64,000 nucleotides of DNA from Candidatus Poribacteria bacterium (GTDB taxonomy: Bacteria > Poribacteria > WGA-4E > PCPOR2b), in NCBI GenBank assembly GCA_965208325.1, contig OZ242326.1, positions 32,001 through 96,000 on the forward strand, in the 5' to 3' direction. Positions 1 through 11,039 of this stretch are shown piece after piece; position 1 is the stretch's first letter; the number at the start of each line of letters is the position of its first letter. The notes beneath the pieces are model-generated. The model saw only the letters and a list, made by a program, of their open reading frames with translations, had not been told where the DNA came from and made no database searches. The translations under genes were made by a program, and so were the position numbers.

Positions 1-335
1 ATTCCCCGCCTTCGATGCGAGGTTTCGTACGCGGGGCAAGATGCCCCGCCTACGAGGCGAGTTTTTGTACGCGGGGCAAGGAAGATCTCTAACGTACGGG
101 AGTTACTATCGCCTTCGCTATTCGCTCAGTTGATTCTATTCAGTCGCTTGATCCCCGACTACGCAGGGTAGTGGCGTACTATATAATTATCGCCCGGCAG
201 GGGCTATGGCAACTGATACGTCGATATGGGCAACCACACAGGTTGCCCTTACAAAAGATGTATCCGATTTAAGGCCGGTCGCTATACACGCACCGCCCGT
301 CTGAGGCTGTAAAAAAGGAATTTTCAAACAGGTAC
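1..335 (-). mobile_element. Partial MITE-like element with internal REP-like hairpins, truncated by the window edge
   Basis: End 318-335 GAATTTTCAAACAGGTAC is the reverse complement of the terminus at 46103 (GAACCTGTTTGAAAATTC, 1 mismatch). Internal blocks GGGGCAAGATGCCCCGCCTAC, TTACTATCGCCTTCGC and GTGGCGTACT match 46130-46235 in reverse orientation. Confidence 0.7.
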
Positions 336-363
336 TTAACCTGATAGGGCATTTAATTCAGAA

Positions 364-1023
364 ATGCACTTCCTCGACCAACAATACCGCAATGTCCTCA
401 TCTTTTTAGTCGTCGTGATACTCGCGGGAAGCGGATACTGGATGCTCAAGCGTTTTAACCCAACGCTATTCCTTGGCGAGCCGGACTTCGTCGTCAATGA
501 CGAAGGCGAATCATCGTCGGGGCAACCGAATCCAATTCCAACTGGTGAATCAGGCTCATCCGCGGAGATTGTAGTCCATGTGGCGGGCGCAGTTGAGTCG
601 CCGGGAGTTTATCGTCTTCAGGCCGGCTCACGCGTCGAAAAGGCTGTTGAGATAGCGGGCGGTGCAACCGAAAAGGCTGATATTCACAAACTAAACCTGG
701 CTGCAAAAATCAGCGACGGCCAGCGAATCTATGTACCGGCATTGCGCCAGCTCTCGCCGCTGCCAGGCGGCGCAAACCAGTCGTTATCCGGTTCTCCCGC
801 ATCTAATTCACCTATTTCCAATCAAGAATTGCTCATCGATCTCAATGTTGCTACACTTGAGCAATTACAAACGCTTCCGCGTATAGGGCCAGTAATGGCG
901 CGGCGCATCATTGAATACCGAGAAACCAACGGCTCGTTTTCAAGCGTCGATGACCTCGTTAGGGTAAGAGGAATAGGAGACAAAACGCTGGAACAATTTC
1001 GACATCTTGTTGATGTCCGTTAG
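364..1023 (+). CDS. comEA: ComEA family DNA-binding protein (TM anchor, SLBB domain, helix-hairpin-helix)
   Basis: VHVAGAVESPGVY SLBB motif, LNLAAKISDGQRIYVP, and C-terminal IDLNVATLEQLQTLPRIGP...VRGIGDKT HhH motifs. Confidence 0.9.
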   Translation: MHFLDQQYRNVLIFLVVVILAGSGYWMLKRFNPTLFLGEPDFVVNDEGESSSGQPNPIPTGESGSSAEIVVHVAGAVESPGVYRLQAGSRVEKAVEIAGGATEKADIHKLNLAAKISDGQRIYVPALRQLSPLPGGANQSLSGSPASNSPISNQELLIDLNVATLEQLQTLPRIGPVMARRIIEYRETNGSFSSVDDLVRVRGIGDKTLEQFRHLVDVR

Positions 1024-1108
1024 GAAAAAAGTCAGGGAGGCAGTTGTAAGAAGGTGAGGTTTATACCCTTAGTTCCCCATCTTCTCTTAGAAGGTTAGTT
1101 AAGGTTGG

Positions 1109-1471
1109 CTATGGGTTGGATGTAGGTTCCGCAGTTTCTGCGGGCTGCGTGTCCGGTACCGCGCCGCTATCCATGGCTTCATCAATAATCTGTGTGAGGT
1201 GACGAATTGTTTCGGCGCATCGCCTCTGTTCGCCGTACATTTGTGCGGCGATATTCAGGGCTGCCATAGTTGCAACGCTGATAGTATCGTGACCTTTTTG
1301 GCGAAATTGCTGCATCATCCGATCCACGAATTCGGCAAGCGTGCGAATATCCGCTTCCGATAAATTATCAGTCTGCTTAATTGTGTATTGCGTGTTGAGA
1401 ATACTAACTTTAATTGATGAAGCAGACCGCGATGTTGTAGAAGGCGAGGAATCTGAAACTTTCATAATCAC
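1109..1471 (-). CDS. zapA: Cell division protein ZapA
   Basis: IKVSILNTQYTI...LAEFVDRMM...VATMAALNIA pattern typical of ZapA. The start may be the ATG at 1465. Confidence 0.8.
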   Translation of the reverse strand: MIMKVSDSSPSTTSRSASSIKVSILNTQYTIKQTDNLSEADIRTLAEFVDRMMQQFRQKGHDTISVATMAALNIAAQMYGEQRRCAETIRHLTQIIDEAMDSGAVPDTQPAETAEPTSNP

Positions 1472-1489
1472 CCTGCATCTGAGAATATT

Positions 1490-2398
1490 TTACATTTGCC
1501 CCAATGCTTGCCGAAGTGTACGCCGCATTAATTCAATAGGCGGTGAAACTTGCGTCCATTTTTCAAATGCAATTGCCCCTTGGTAGAGGAGCATTCCGAG
1601 ACCGCCAATTGTATGGCAACCTTGCGTCATAGCCGCTTTCAATAAGCGGGTTTCAGGAGGAGTATAGATTATGTCGTACACGATAGATTGGGGCGTTAAC
1701 CACTCGGGCCGTATCAAGAGTGGGCGTGTTATATCCATGCTTGCCGAGGCAGTGTTGACTATTAACTGACTCATCGACACAGTGTCTGGCAATCGCGCAT
1801 CGTCAAGTCCCATCCCGCGGATATCCACGCTTGTTTTGTCTGAGAGATCTGCAGCAAGTGCAACGGCTTTTGACGTGGTGCGATTGGCGATGACAATGGA
1901 TTGCAGTTTTTCACGGGCTAGTGCAACGGCGATTGCCCGTGCTGAACCACCCGCTCCAATCACCAAAGCAGAACCGTTTCGAGGCAGCTCATGCCCGGCA
2001 TGCTTCATCCCTTTCAAAAAGCCGGAGGCATCTGTATTCTCGCCGGTAATTTTTCCTTGTTCGAATATTAATGTGTTTGCTGCACCGATGAGTGCAGCTT
2101 CTTGAGAGATTTGGTCGAGGAATGGAATTACACGCTGTTTGTATGGAACTGTCACATTCACGCCGATTATACCGCACGCCTTAAACCCTTCAAGGGCAGC
2201 ACGCAAATCTGCCGGTCGAACGTGAAATGGGACGTAAACGTAATCCAGACCGACGTCCGAAAAGGCGGCATTGTGCATCTGCGGTGAGCAACTATGCTCG
2301 ACCGGATCGCCTATAACTCCAACGATTTTGGTTTTGCCTGTGATGTGTGACGCGTAATGATCCACTCTTTTGCGTGCATTGGTTTTCCATTTACGCAC
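1490..2398 (-). CDS. aroE: Shikimate dehydrogenase
   Basis: GDPVEHSCSPQMHN, GVNVTVPYK, GAANT, ENTD, GAGGSARA and GLGMLLYQGA motifs. Exact start uncertain. Confidence 0.95.
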   Translation of the reverse strand: MRKWKTNARKRVDHYASHITGKTKIVGVIGDPVEHSCSPQMHNAAFSDVGLDYVYVPFHVRPADLRAALEGFKACGIIGVNVTVPYKQRVIPFLDQISQEAALIGAANTLIFEQGKITGENTDASGFLKGMKHAGHELPRNGSALVIGAGGSARAIAVALAREKLQSIVIANRTTSKAVALAADLSDKTSVDIRGMGLDDARLPDTVSMSQLIVNTASASMDITRPLLIRPEWLTPQSIVYDIIYTPPETRLLKAAMTQGCHTIGGLGMLLYQGAIAFEKWTQVSPPIELMRRTLRQALGQM

Positions 2399-2560
2399 TG
2401 AAACTTTCCGCAGTAGAATAGTCCGTCCTACGATTTTAACTCATTATCTCCAGCGGTTTTCAGGTACTGTAAGCCAAGTCATTCGAAGATCCAAGGGTTC
2501 GTTTTTCCCATTTTGCACGATGCGTATGAATGCGCTTCTAACGCAAAGAAGTCATCGGAA

Positions 2561-5500
2561 TCAATTACGAATCTTCGATAACAACGCTTCAGCCTTATGT
2601 TTTGCGGTTTCCATCTTCGGGTAACGCAATTCTCGGTAGCCGCAAACGTCTTGAGGGACTTGGAGCGCACGAACGTGAGCATCGTAATCATTTGCATCTT
2701 TTGGGGCAAAGGTATCAACAACCTCAACGATATACCAATCTCGAAAAACTTTTTCCTTTGCATGCCACTGAGAAAGCCAACGTCTAAGGAACTTCATCCG
2801 TTTCATCAAATTCAGTTGCCAGTTCCGGGTGTTCATGTCCCACCTAATATCTTTGCCCATCACGGTGAAATGGGGGCGGTTAAGGTGAACATACTTAATC
2901 CTATCTCCATTTGACTCATCGACATTGTACTGCGCTTTGTCGCGTTTTAATTTATCCTTGCTAGTGAGCAGGTGAGCCACGTAAATTTCGTCTTTTATGA
3001 GCATCACCTTGTACAAGTTGTTGATTGCGGATTTGGTCGCTCGAAAACCCTCTGTACGACGATCCTTGGCATAGATATGCCGAATCTTTTCGGTGTAGCG
3101 GCGGGCGTAGTTCAGGTCTTCGAATTGAATCAGGTCGTATACCCGCAACGCCAAGCCGCGATTGGTCTTTTCATCTAATCCCATTGCTTCAACCGCTTCT
3201 TGAACCAATTTTTCATATTCACCTGCCAGGCCTTCGCCGCGCCATCTTTTCTCTAACATACCGCACTTCTGCCGAAGTAACGATTTATACCCTTGCCGCT
3301 TTGGCGCCACTGCAAAGGCATCTGCATCTATCGCAATCCGCCTTCCTATGTCAAACGCGCGTTGATTGGATGCCAAATCAGATGGTTTTGCCACCCATGT
3401 CAACGCTGATTGAATGTGGTCTAGTTCGAGTGGAAGTTGTCCACGCTGGAATGCCACGCCTAGCAGCATGATGTTTGCGTAAAGATTGTTTCCCAGTAAT
3501 CTCTCAGAAACCTCAAATAAGTTCGCCCCGAAATATGCATCAGTTTTGGTGTATGCCCGTATACTATTCTCCAAATCAGCGATTTCAAAACTATCCTTGC
3601 CGATGAGCGTGGTTACGGTATCCGTTTTCGCGGTGTTTACGATAGCGGCCGTTAAATCCGGCGCGGCGACTCGAAAAGGGGCCTTTGCATCAATTCCGCG
3701 TACAGCCTCTAAAATGTCCAATCCTAACAGGAGATCTGCCTTGCCGTACGGGATGATTGGAGAAAGCTGATTGTCGGTCTTTGAATAAGTCACATGCGCG
3801 TATACGCCGCCGTTGCGTATTGCCAAACCCTTTTTATCGCAGAACCGTACCTGATACCCTTGGGCGTATCCGGCGAGAACCAATATAGAGGAAATTGTAC
3901 CGATGCCCATACCGCCAACTCCCGCGGCGTAAACGCTCCACGTCCGATTGAAATCGCATAGTGACGGCAGCGGCATCGGTTCGACCGCCGTGGGCGCAAC
4001 GCCCATCGGCATCTTTTCTTCGTGCGTTCTCAAATCAAGGTCCGCGTCAACCAAGACTTTCGGTGGACGCTTGCGCGTCACGATAACCTCTTCAAATGAG
4101 GGACATGCCCACTTGATTCGAGCGCATGCTCCATCGGTCACACAGTTTGATGAATCAATGCCAATCTTTGGACCGTAATCAGTTTCATTGACCTTTAGAC
4201 CGGGACAACCTGTGGCTTTGGTACATTCCAGACAAAATTCGCAAACTTCCGGCGTGATATTGATGTGCTTCTCAACCTTCAAGAACCCTTTTTCTTTAAT
4301 TGTCTTGTGGTTTTCACGGCGCAAACGGCGATGATAAGTGATTCCGCACTCCTTATCCGCGATTACAATCTTAACGCCCGGATTGAGAATGGTGTCCTCA
4401 AGAAGCGCCTTGTATTTGACACGATCCTCAGGATCTGTTCGGACGATGAAGAGATTGGAACTCCCGCCTGCGAGTCCACGGGCTACCTTTTCGATGTCCT
4501 GAGCGAATGTCGGATTGCCGAGAATATCTTCCTCCCCCGCCGGCGTGGGTTGATGCCCTGTCATCGCGGTTGTCTGATTATCCAAGATAACATACGTAAT
4601 GTCTTGTCCATTCTTTATTGAATCGGAAATTGCCGACATCCCTCCGTGGAAAAAGGTGGAATCGCCCATAAAGACAATCTGCTTATTTTTAATGAACGAA
4701 TCAATTCCTGCTCCCGTACCGCCGCCCAACGCCATGGCTGATAGATTGTGCATGAGACGTGGAAAGGGTTCGTACTTTAGCATAGAATAGCAGCCGATGT
4801 CCCCATGAAAAACGAGATCTACAGGCGGCGAGGCGTGCTGTTTTTTCATGTAGTCGGCATCCATGAAGTGCTTGGTAATATCGAGAAAGACACTCGAAGA
4901 ATCGCGATGCGGACACCCCGGACAAAAAGTCGGCGTGCGCGCCGGAATTTGAACGTCATATGAATTGACTTGTTCAATTCGCTTTTCTTCACGCGAAAGC
5001 GCACCTTCAACCATGTGTATTTTCACGGGCGTACTTTCTTCCCGCCCTTGTAATCCCTTGGATGGTAAGGCGGAGTCTGTCCGCATCTTCCGCCGAAGCA
5101 GTGGAATCAACCGTTGAATCAGGATGGACGGATTGAGTCCTAGCGATTCGGGAATCCCGGGTAAATCGTTTGGGAATTGTTTGCCCCACACTTGTACATA
5201 CCTATCTATCTCGCCGCTTTGGTAGAGGCCGCCGACGATTGCTTTGATATCCTTCTCTAGAAGCGGCCGCTTCTCCTCGACGACGTAAATCTCGCGGACA
5301 CCCGCTGAAAATTGGCGCACAATCTCTGTATCAACCGGATGCGTCAAACCGAGCTTAAGGATTGGAATTTGACCTTGGATTTCCAGCTCATGCAGCGCAT
5401 GTTCGAGATATGTGTAAGCCACTCCCGACGTGATGAAACCCATCTCGTGCTGGGTTCCGTTTAGATTGTAAATCTGATTTAGATTGCGGCGGCGCGCAGT

Positions 5501-6208
5501 CTCAATCGCATTGGGAAATCGCCTTTCTAGAGTTTCAATCTCAATCCGGGCACTATCGGGCGGTAAAACTACCCGGTTATCTATATTGATATCATCTGTA
5601 TTGAGCGTCGTGGTGTCATTCGCGTTGATGTCGGGGTAGCGGTTCGGATGAAGCTGAACATTTCCCCCGCCATCCGCCTGGTTCACTGTGACTAAGTAGG
5701 CTGTGTATAGGTTTGAATTTACGGAGAGTTCAAAAGCAACACGCAGCCAATCTTTCACTTCCTGAAATGTGCTCGGTTCTACAACCGGTGTATAGAGATG
5801 GCGGGCAATAAAACGCGAATCCGCGGGTACTTGTGTACTGCTTGACGCCGGATCATCTCCGACGACGACAACAGCTCCACCCGTCGTTCCCGCTAAATTG
5901 CTAATAGCTAAGGCGTCAGACGCCACATGGAGTCCCACGCTCTTCATATAAGCGACAGCGCGGAGGTTCGCCATCTGTGATCCGTTAAGCCTCGCTACAC
6001 TGAGGGCTTCATTGTTTGCAATCTGCGCGACAATCCCGTGCTCCTTAAGTAGGTCGGCGTTCCGTCGAATGACTTCGAAAACATCGGCAAGCGGCGATCC
6101 GGGGTATCCTGTTAACAGGCTGACTCCGCTCTCTAACGCCCCTTTAATTAACAACTCACATCCTGTATAAACGTTCGAACCACTTTCCTGTATAAACCTT
6201 CTATCCAT
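2561..6208 (-). CDS. Indolepyruvate ferredoxin oxidoreductase family protein (fused alpha/beta single chain)
   Basis: GYPGSP, TPP-binding FCPGCPH / GDIGC / GDSTFFH / TAMTGHQ, ferredoxin-like CEFCLEC, and beta-subunit GVGGMGIGT and KKGLAIRNG motifs. Confidence 0.9.
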   Translation of the reverse strand: MDRRFIQESGSNVYTGCELLIKGALESGVSLLTGYPGSPLADVFEVIRRNADLLKEHGIVAQIANNEALSVARLNGSQMANLRAVAYMKSVGLHVASDALAISNLAGTTGGAVVVVGDDPASSSTQVPADSRFIARHLYTPVVEPSTFQEVKDWLRVAFELSVNSNLYTAYLVTVNQADGGGNVQLHPNRYPDINANDTTTLNTDDINIDNRVVLPPDSARIEIETLERRFPNAIETARRRNLNQIYNLNGTQHEMGFITSGVAYTYLEHALHELEIQGQIPILKLGLTHPVDTEIVRQFSAGVREIYVVEEKRPLLEKDIKAIVGGLYQSGEIDRYVQVWGKQFPNDLPGIPESLGLNPSILIQRLIPLLRRKMRTDSALPSKGLQGREESTPVKIHMVEGALSREEKRIEQVNSYDVQIPARTPTFCPGCPHRDSSSVFLDITKHFMDADYMKKQHASPPVDLVFHGDIGCYSMLKYEPFPRLMHNLSAMALGGGTGAGIDSFIKNKQIVFMGDSTFFHGGMSAISDSIKNGQDITYVILDNQTTAMTGHQPTPAGEEDILGNPTFAQDIEKVARGLAGGSSNLFIVRTDPEDRVKYKALLEDTILNPGVKIVIADKECGITYHRRLRRENHKTIKEKGFLKVEKHINITPEVCEFCLECTKATGCPGLKVNETDYGPKIGIDSSNCVTDGACARIKWACPSFEEVIVTRKRPPKVLVDADLDLRTHEEKMPMGVAPTAVEPMPLPSLCDFNRTWSVYAAGVGGMGIGTISSILVLAGYAQGYQVRFCDKKGLAIRNGGVYAHVTYSKTDNQLSPIIPYGKADLLLGLDILEAVRGIDAKAPFRVAAPDLTAAIVNTAKTDTVTTLIGKDSFEIADLENSIRAYTKTDAYFGANLFEVSERLLGNNLYANIMLLGVAFQRGQLPLELDHIQSALTWVAKPSDLASNQRAFDIGRRIAIDADAFAVAPKRQGYKSLLRQKCGMLEKRWRGEGLAGEYEKLVQEAVEAMGLDEKTNRGLALRVYDLIQFEDLNYARRYTEKIRHIYAKDRRTEGFRATKSAINNLYKVMLIKDEIYVAHLLTSKDKLKRDKAQYNVDESNGDRIKYVHLNRPHFTVMGKDIRWDMNTRNWQLNLMKRMKFLRRWLSQWHAKEKVFRDWYIVEVVDTFAPKDANDYDAHVRALQVPQDVCGYRELRYPKMETAKHKAEALLSKIRN

Positions 6209-6451
6209 TTTTCATTTGCCTTCTAAACATATATCTACGGGGACTGAGTCCAACCCTCCGCGTTGAAAAACACGGATGCTTCCTTGCCTGCATTTCTATT
6301 TTGAAAAGATTCTTGAGATGTAAAACCGATTACTCAGCGTCCAGAGGCGCCCAATTCAGCCATTCGTTCTGTTATATCCGCAGTTTGATAAAAACTTCCA
6401 TTTGTCAACCATGTGATTCTCAAATTAGCTGCCGATAACGGCATTTTTGAC

Positions 6452-8185
6452 TCAATCGCACGGCATTGGACTTTGTCCTTTTAATAGTTCACGTGCGCGT
6501 TCGAGCGTCGTTTCCGTCGGCTCACCACCATGCATCCGGGCAATTTCCTCAACCCGTTCTTCCGAAGACAACAGTTTCGCCGAGATGGTAGTTCGATTGT
6601 GGTTCACATGTTTTTCAACGCGAAAATGCCTATCAGCGAGGCGTGCAATTTGCGGAAGGTGCGTGATACAGATGACCTGGCGCAATCGCGCCAATTCCGC
6701 CAATTTTTGTCCCACAATGTCTGCCGTATGCCCGCCGATGCCCACATCAATTTCGTCATAAATCATTGATGGGATGCTGTCAATGCTGGCAAGCGCCGTT
6801 TTCAGGGCAAGCATGACTCGAGAGATTTCGCCGCCGGACGCAATTTTTGCCAATGGTTTCGGTTCAGATCCAACGTTGGGCGCGATAAGAAACTGTATAT
6901 CATCCATCCCATTGGATTTCAATTCATACTGTTTCGCCTTAATCTCCAAAATTCCATTGGGCGATTCCGCCGGTTGCACAAGTATCTGGAATATAGCTTT
7001 ATCCATCCCCAACGTGTGGAGTTGCATCTCGATTAACGACTCTAACCGGCTGGCTGCCTCTTTTCGCTTATCCGAGAGTTCAACTGCGAGTTGCCGCCCT
7101 TTCTTAATCGCAGCCCGAATCTGGCTTTCCAATTCTTCAACTTGTTCAGAACCTACTTGCAGTTCTTTCAGTGTCTGATTCACATGCGCCTGATAATCCA
7201 ACATTTCAGCGATAGAATTGCCATATTTCCGTTTCAGCCGGTGGATGAGATCCAAACGCCCTTCGACGTCCGCGAGACGATTTGGGTTAAATTCAACAGC
7301 GTCGCGGTAGTCGCGAATCTGATAGGAGATATCCTCCAACTCGTACAATGCAGATTCCAGCCGGGAATTCAACTCAACTAGATTTACGTCCATATGGCTC
7401 AGTTTTGAGATTGTGCGGTTTATCTCTTTTAGATTGTCTAATATCGCAGCGTTCGATGCGTTGCCGCCGTAAAGCTCATCATATGCCAGACTCGCGGATT
7501 CAAACCGGGTTTCTGCGTTGTTGAGGAGGTTACGCTCATTGATTAGGCTCTCTTCCTCTTCTTGTTTAAGTTCGGCATTCTCCAATTCATCTCGTTGAAA
7601 TTCCAACAGTTCTTTTTCACGTGCCGCTTCGTGCAATTTCCGAGAAACGTCGTTAAGGCGACTGCGCAACGCGTGGATTTCATCGTATGTTTGACTGACT
7701 TGCGATCGCAGCCCTTCAAGTTTACCGAAAGCATCAAGCAGATTCAAATGTGTTTCGGTTCGGAAAAGCGACTGATGTTCATGCTGCCCGTGAATATCGA
7801 CCAGCAGGTTCCCAAGCTCCTGTACAAGTGTCAGGTTCACCATCTGTCCGTTGAGATAGCACCGACTCCGCCCGTTTGCGCTAATCTGGCGAGAAATTAA
7901 CAAACCCTCCTGTGAATCCGAGAGATTAGCGACACCGGATTCACGCAGGTAGTGCCATCCGGGATGGTCCGGCGGCGGATTAATGGCAATCTGCACGTTA
8001 GCGTGATCTTTACCCGATGGTACGACTCCCGATGCGCGGCGCTCGCCCAATGCCAGTCCAACAGCGTTCAGGATGACAGACTTTCCGGCTCCGGTTTCGC
8101 CGGTGAAGATATTGAGACCAGCCGAAAATACGAGCCGGAGTTCATCAATAAGCGCGACGTTTCGGATATAAAGTTCTTCAATCAT
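6452..8185 (-). CDS. recN: DNA repair protein RecN
   Basis: TGETGAGKS Walker A, DIHGQHEHQ, ASGGEISR, DEIDVGIGG and ITHLPQIA motifs. Confidence 0.97.
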   Translation of the reverse strand: MIEELYIRNVALIDELRLVFSAGLNIFTGETGAGKSVILNAVGLALGERRASGVVPSGKDHANVQIAINPPPDHPGWHYLRESGVANLSDSQEGLLISRQISANGRSRCYLNGQMVNLTLVQELGNLLVDIHGQHEHQSLFRTETHLNLLDAFGKLEGLRSQVSQTYDEIHALRSRLNDVSRKLHEAAREKELLEFQRDELENAELKQEEEESLINERNLLNNAETRFESASLAYDELYGGNASNAAILDNLKEINRTISKLSHMDVNLVELNSRLESALYELEDISYQIRDYRDAVEFNPNRLADVEGRLDLIHRLKRKYGNSIAEMLDYQAHVNQTLKELQVGSEQVEELESQIRAAIKKGRQLAVELSDKRKEAASRLESLIEMQLHTLGMDKAIFQILVQPAESPNGILEIKAKQYELKSNGMDDIQFLIAPNVGSEPKPLAKIASGGEISRVMLALKTALASIDSIPSMIYDEIDVGIGGHTADIVGQKLAELARLRQVICITHLPQIARLADRHFRVEKHVNHNRTTISAKLLSSEERVEEIARMHGGEPTETTLERARELLKGQSPMPCD

Positions 8186-8211
8186 AATGTAAATGGAAAC
8201 ATCTCTATGCC

Positions 8212-9081
8212 TCAGGATTTACGTTTCGCGCCCTCTCCTAACATCAATTTGCTCCTTAAAGCGTCGAATGCGCTGCGATGCTGGGAACGAATGAGTTGGA
8301 TGGTCTTTTTCGCTTTTCGGATGCGAATCAAGCAGTCTGAGGTAAGAGAGTGTGTTTCGCGTTGTCCGTCAACAAATAGGTCGACGCTGCTGTAATCATA
8401 ACGAATCGCAACCGTAATCTCGGAATCTCCGTGCGCAATAAATGGACGAACCGTGAGCGAATGGGGTGCAATCGGCGTTAAAAGAATAGCGTTGAGGTGC
8501 GGATCGACAATTGTCCCGCCGCTTGCTAGGGAATAGGCGGTTGAGCCGCTTGGAGTGGCAATAATCAAGCCGTCAGCGTTGTACATCATGAACACTTCGC
8601 CATCAATGTAGGTATCGAGTTCAATCAGTTGCCCATAGCAGCGAATTACAACATCATTAAGGGCAAATGATTGCGAACGCTGCAAATCGGGATTGTCCAC
8701 ATCGATTTCCAGCATCATCCGCTGATCAATATAGTAATTCTCCGCAAAGATGTTAGTAAGCGCGGGATAGAGTTCATCAAGCGAAACTTCAGTAAGGAAT
8801 CCAAGATAACCGAGATTGACCGCAAGGATTGGCACGTTTTCTATCTGGGGCGTGTGAGCGGCGTTTAACAGTGTTCCATCGCCGCCGAGCACCAATAAAA
8901 AATCACATTGTTCAACAACACCGTCCTGATTGCATCCGGAAGGAGGTGCACCGAGCGCTAAAGCTTGCTCATCAGGAATCAACGGCTCGACACTTTTGTC
9001 CTTAAGCCAATTGTATAGGGCGATGACGACATCGGATGCTTTGGGCTTAGAGGTGTTGACAAAAAAACCGACTGTTTTCAT
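8212..9081 (-). CDS. nadK: NAD kinase
   Basis: LGGDGTLL, NLGYLGFL, ALND and DGLIIATPSGSTAYSLA motifs; adjacent to recN. ATG start at 9081 chosen. Confidence 0.95.
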   Translation of the reverse strand: MKTVGFFVNTSKPKASDVVIALYNWLKDKSVEPLIPDEQALALGAPPSGCNQDGVVEQCDFLLVLGGDGTLLNAAHTPQIENVPILAVNLGYLGFLTEVSLDELYPALTNIFAENYYIDQRMMLEIDVDNPDLQRSQSFALNDVVIRCYGQLIELDTYIDGEVFMMYNADGLIIATPSGSTAYSLASGGTIVDPHLNAILLTPIAPHSLTVRPFIAHGDSEITVAIRYDYSSVDLFVDGQRETHSLTSDCLIRIRKAKKTIQLIRSQHRSAFDALRSKLMLGEGAKRKS

Positions 9082-9135
9082 AATTTCATCGGGGCGGGAA
9101 TACCCCCGGATCACAGCGATTTAAATTTAGTTGAG

Positions 9136-10167
9136 TTATGACGCTTCCCTCTGCTCGAACCGATAAAACAACAAGATCGCCCCACAACCGGCGAGAAACG
9201 CCAACGACGTGATTAACAAATTCAGATTCATTTGAGGTATTATATGCGCAACGTCGATACGTTCACCGCCGACAATCTCATATTTTCGGAAGGGCCAAAG
9301 CCCGTACAGAGAACCCGCCATCAAACCAATCAAAAATGATATAGTCAAATCGCGGTGGCGTTCAAGGACGTAGTTTAACAATCGAGTAAACGCCAATAGT
9401 CCGATACCGCAGCCGACAGCGAAAATAGCCAACACAAGCCAATCCAATCGACTGACCGCCGCAATAACGTCAAAATAGATGCCGAGGAGCAGGAGAATAA
9501 ACGACCCGCTGATTCCGGGAAGTATCATCGCGGAAGCGGAAATAGCCCCACAAAAGAACAGATACAGTAACTTGATAACAGAAATATTTCCATCTTCGCT
9601 GTCCGCATCCGGCTCTACGTTGCCGGAAGCAGAGATGCTGGATTGACGATTTTCCTTAAGTTCGTACTTTTTACTAGCGTTTTCGAGTTTATCCTCCCCA
9701 ATCATACTGAGTGAAAGTCCGACAGTCAGCGCGACAGCGATAAGCAGAACGATAAACGCTTTGACGGAAAAGCGTTTCAACATCTTAGCGGGAATGATAA
9801 TGGAAGCTAGAATTAAGCCGCAAAAGAAACCGTGAGTCGGATCATGCTGATTGTTAAACAGGTATTTGATCAGGTCAGATGATGCTTTAATCGCAAGCGC
9901 AGCGCCAACGGCAAGGGCCGCCAAAAACCCAAAGTCGATATGCCGCAGTTCCGCACGTGCTTCAGACATTTTGTCTTTTTTCAGCGTGATTGCGCCTAAA
10001 AACTTCTGAACGGTCGACAATCCGATGTGGTGCAAGGCTCGAATTAAGCGTTCATAAATGCCTAGCACAATTGCCATAGTGCCGCCGCTCACACCTGGAA
10101 TAATAAACGCGATACCGATAACGCAGCCCTTAACGATATGACCTATGACAAGCCTGAACTTCAGCAA
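9136..10167 (-). CDS. DUF368 family membrane protein (possible undecaprenyl-phosphate translocase)
   Basis: IPGVSGGTMA and AMILPGISGSFILLLLG repeats characteristic of DUF368; multiple TM segments. Confidence 0.85.
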   Translation of the reverse strand: MLKFRLVIGHIVKGCVIGIAFIIPGVSGGTMAIVLGIYERLIRALHHIGLSTVQKFLGAITLKKDKMSEARAELRHIDFGFLAALAVGAALAIKASSDLIKYLFNNQHDPTHGFFCGLILASIIIPAKMLKRFSVKAFIVLLIAVALTVGLSLSMIGEDKLENASKKYELKENRQSSISASGNVEPDADSEDGNISVIKLLYLFFCGAISASAMILPGISGSFILLLLGIYFDVIAAVSRLDWLVLAIFAVGCGIGLLAFTRLLNYVLERHRDLTISFLIGLMAGSLYGLWPFRKYEIVGGERIDVAHIIPQMNLNLLITSLAFLAGCGAILLFYRFEQREAS

Positions 10168-10223
10168 GATTTACCCCCGTTAAATCCCGCCTCCTCTTGA
10201 ACCATCGTTTTTTTATTGCAGGT

Positions 10224-10982
10224 TTAATTCAAGGTTTCATCGTTGAGCCAACTCTTCAGCGGATCGATTAGGTGGTGAGCAGTAAAGTCCAGTTGCACTG
10301 GTGTAATCGAAACGCAACCATTGCGGATGGTGTTGACATCTGTATCCTCTCGCCGGTCAATCTTTTCGCGTTCGCCGCCGATCCAGTAGTAGGGTTTTCC
10401 CTGCCGATCCAAGCGTTTGACAGCTTGTGCACCATAAGCCCCAAGGTCTTGCCGAGTCATTTCTATGCCTCGAAGCTCAGAGAACGTGCAGTTTGGCACG
10501 TTGACATTCAAGAGAATCCGATCGGGCATACCGTAGGCAATCACCTGCTTGGCGATACGGCAAGCAATTGATGCCGCAGATTCGTAGTGGTAGGTTGGAC
10601 CTGGAGCGAGTGAAACCGCAATTGACGGGATGCCGAGAAAGGTTCCTTTTTTCGCAGCCGCAACAGTCCCGGAAAAATGAAGATCTTGCCCCAAGTTTTG
10701 TCCATGATTGATGCCGGACACGAGGAGTTGCGGCGGTTCGGGAAGCAACGCACTGACGCCAAGGTCCACACAGTCAACTGGTGTCCCGTCGACAGCGTAG
10801 GCGCGGCTCGCCACCTGCGCCGCTCTGAGCGGACGATTCAGCGTAATTGCCATTCCAACCCCGCTGCGCTCTCGATCCGGCGCCACGATAAACACTTCGT
10901 CAAGGCTTTCAAGTGCTTCGGCGAGCGCCTTTAATCCTGCCGATTCAATGCCATCGTCGTTAGTTACAAAAATCATAATCAC
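10224..10982 (-). CDS. surE: 5'/3'-nucleotidase SurE
   Basis: TNDDG, VAPDRERSG, GTPVDCV, SGINHGQN and SGTVAAA motifs. Confidence 0.96.
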   Translation of the reverse strand: MIMIFVTNDDGIESAGLKALAEALESLDEVFIVAPDRERSGVGMAITLNRPLRAAQVASRAYAVDGTPVDCVDLGVSALLPEPPQLLVSGINHGQNLGQDLHFSGTVAAAKKGTFLGIPSIAVSLAPGPTYHYESAASIACRIAKQVIAYGMPDRILLNVNVPNCTFSELRGIEMTRQDLGAYGAQAVKRLDRQGKPYYWIGGEREKIDRREDTDVNTIRNGCVSITPVQLDFTAHHLIDPLKSWLNDETLN

Positions 10983-11039
10983 CCGCGAAACAAGTTGCTT
11001 TCACCAATCATCATCACTGCGGCAAAATGTATAAACCCA

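Noticed and set aside
1024..1108. 6S RNA downstream of zapA
   Set aside because: The gap is only 85 bp, too short for a typical 6S RNA, and no matching structure was seen.
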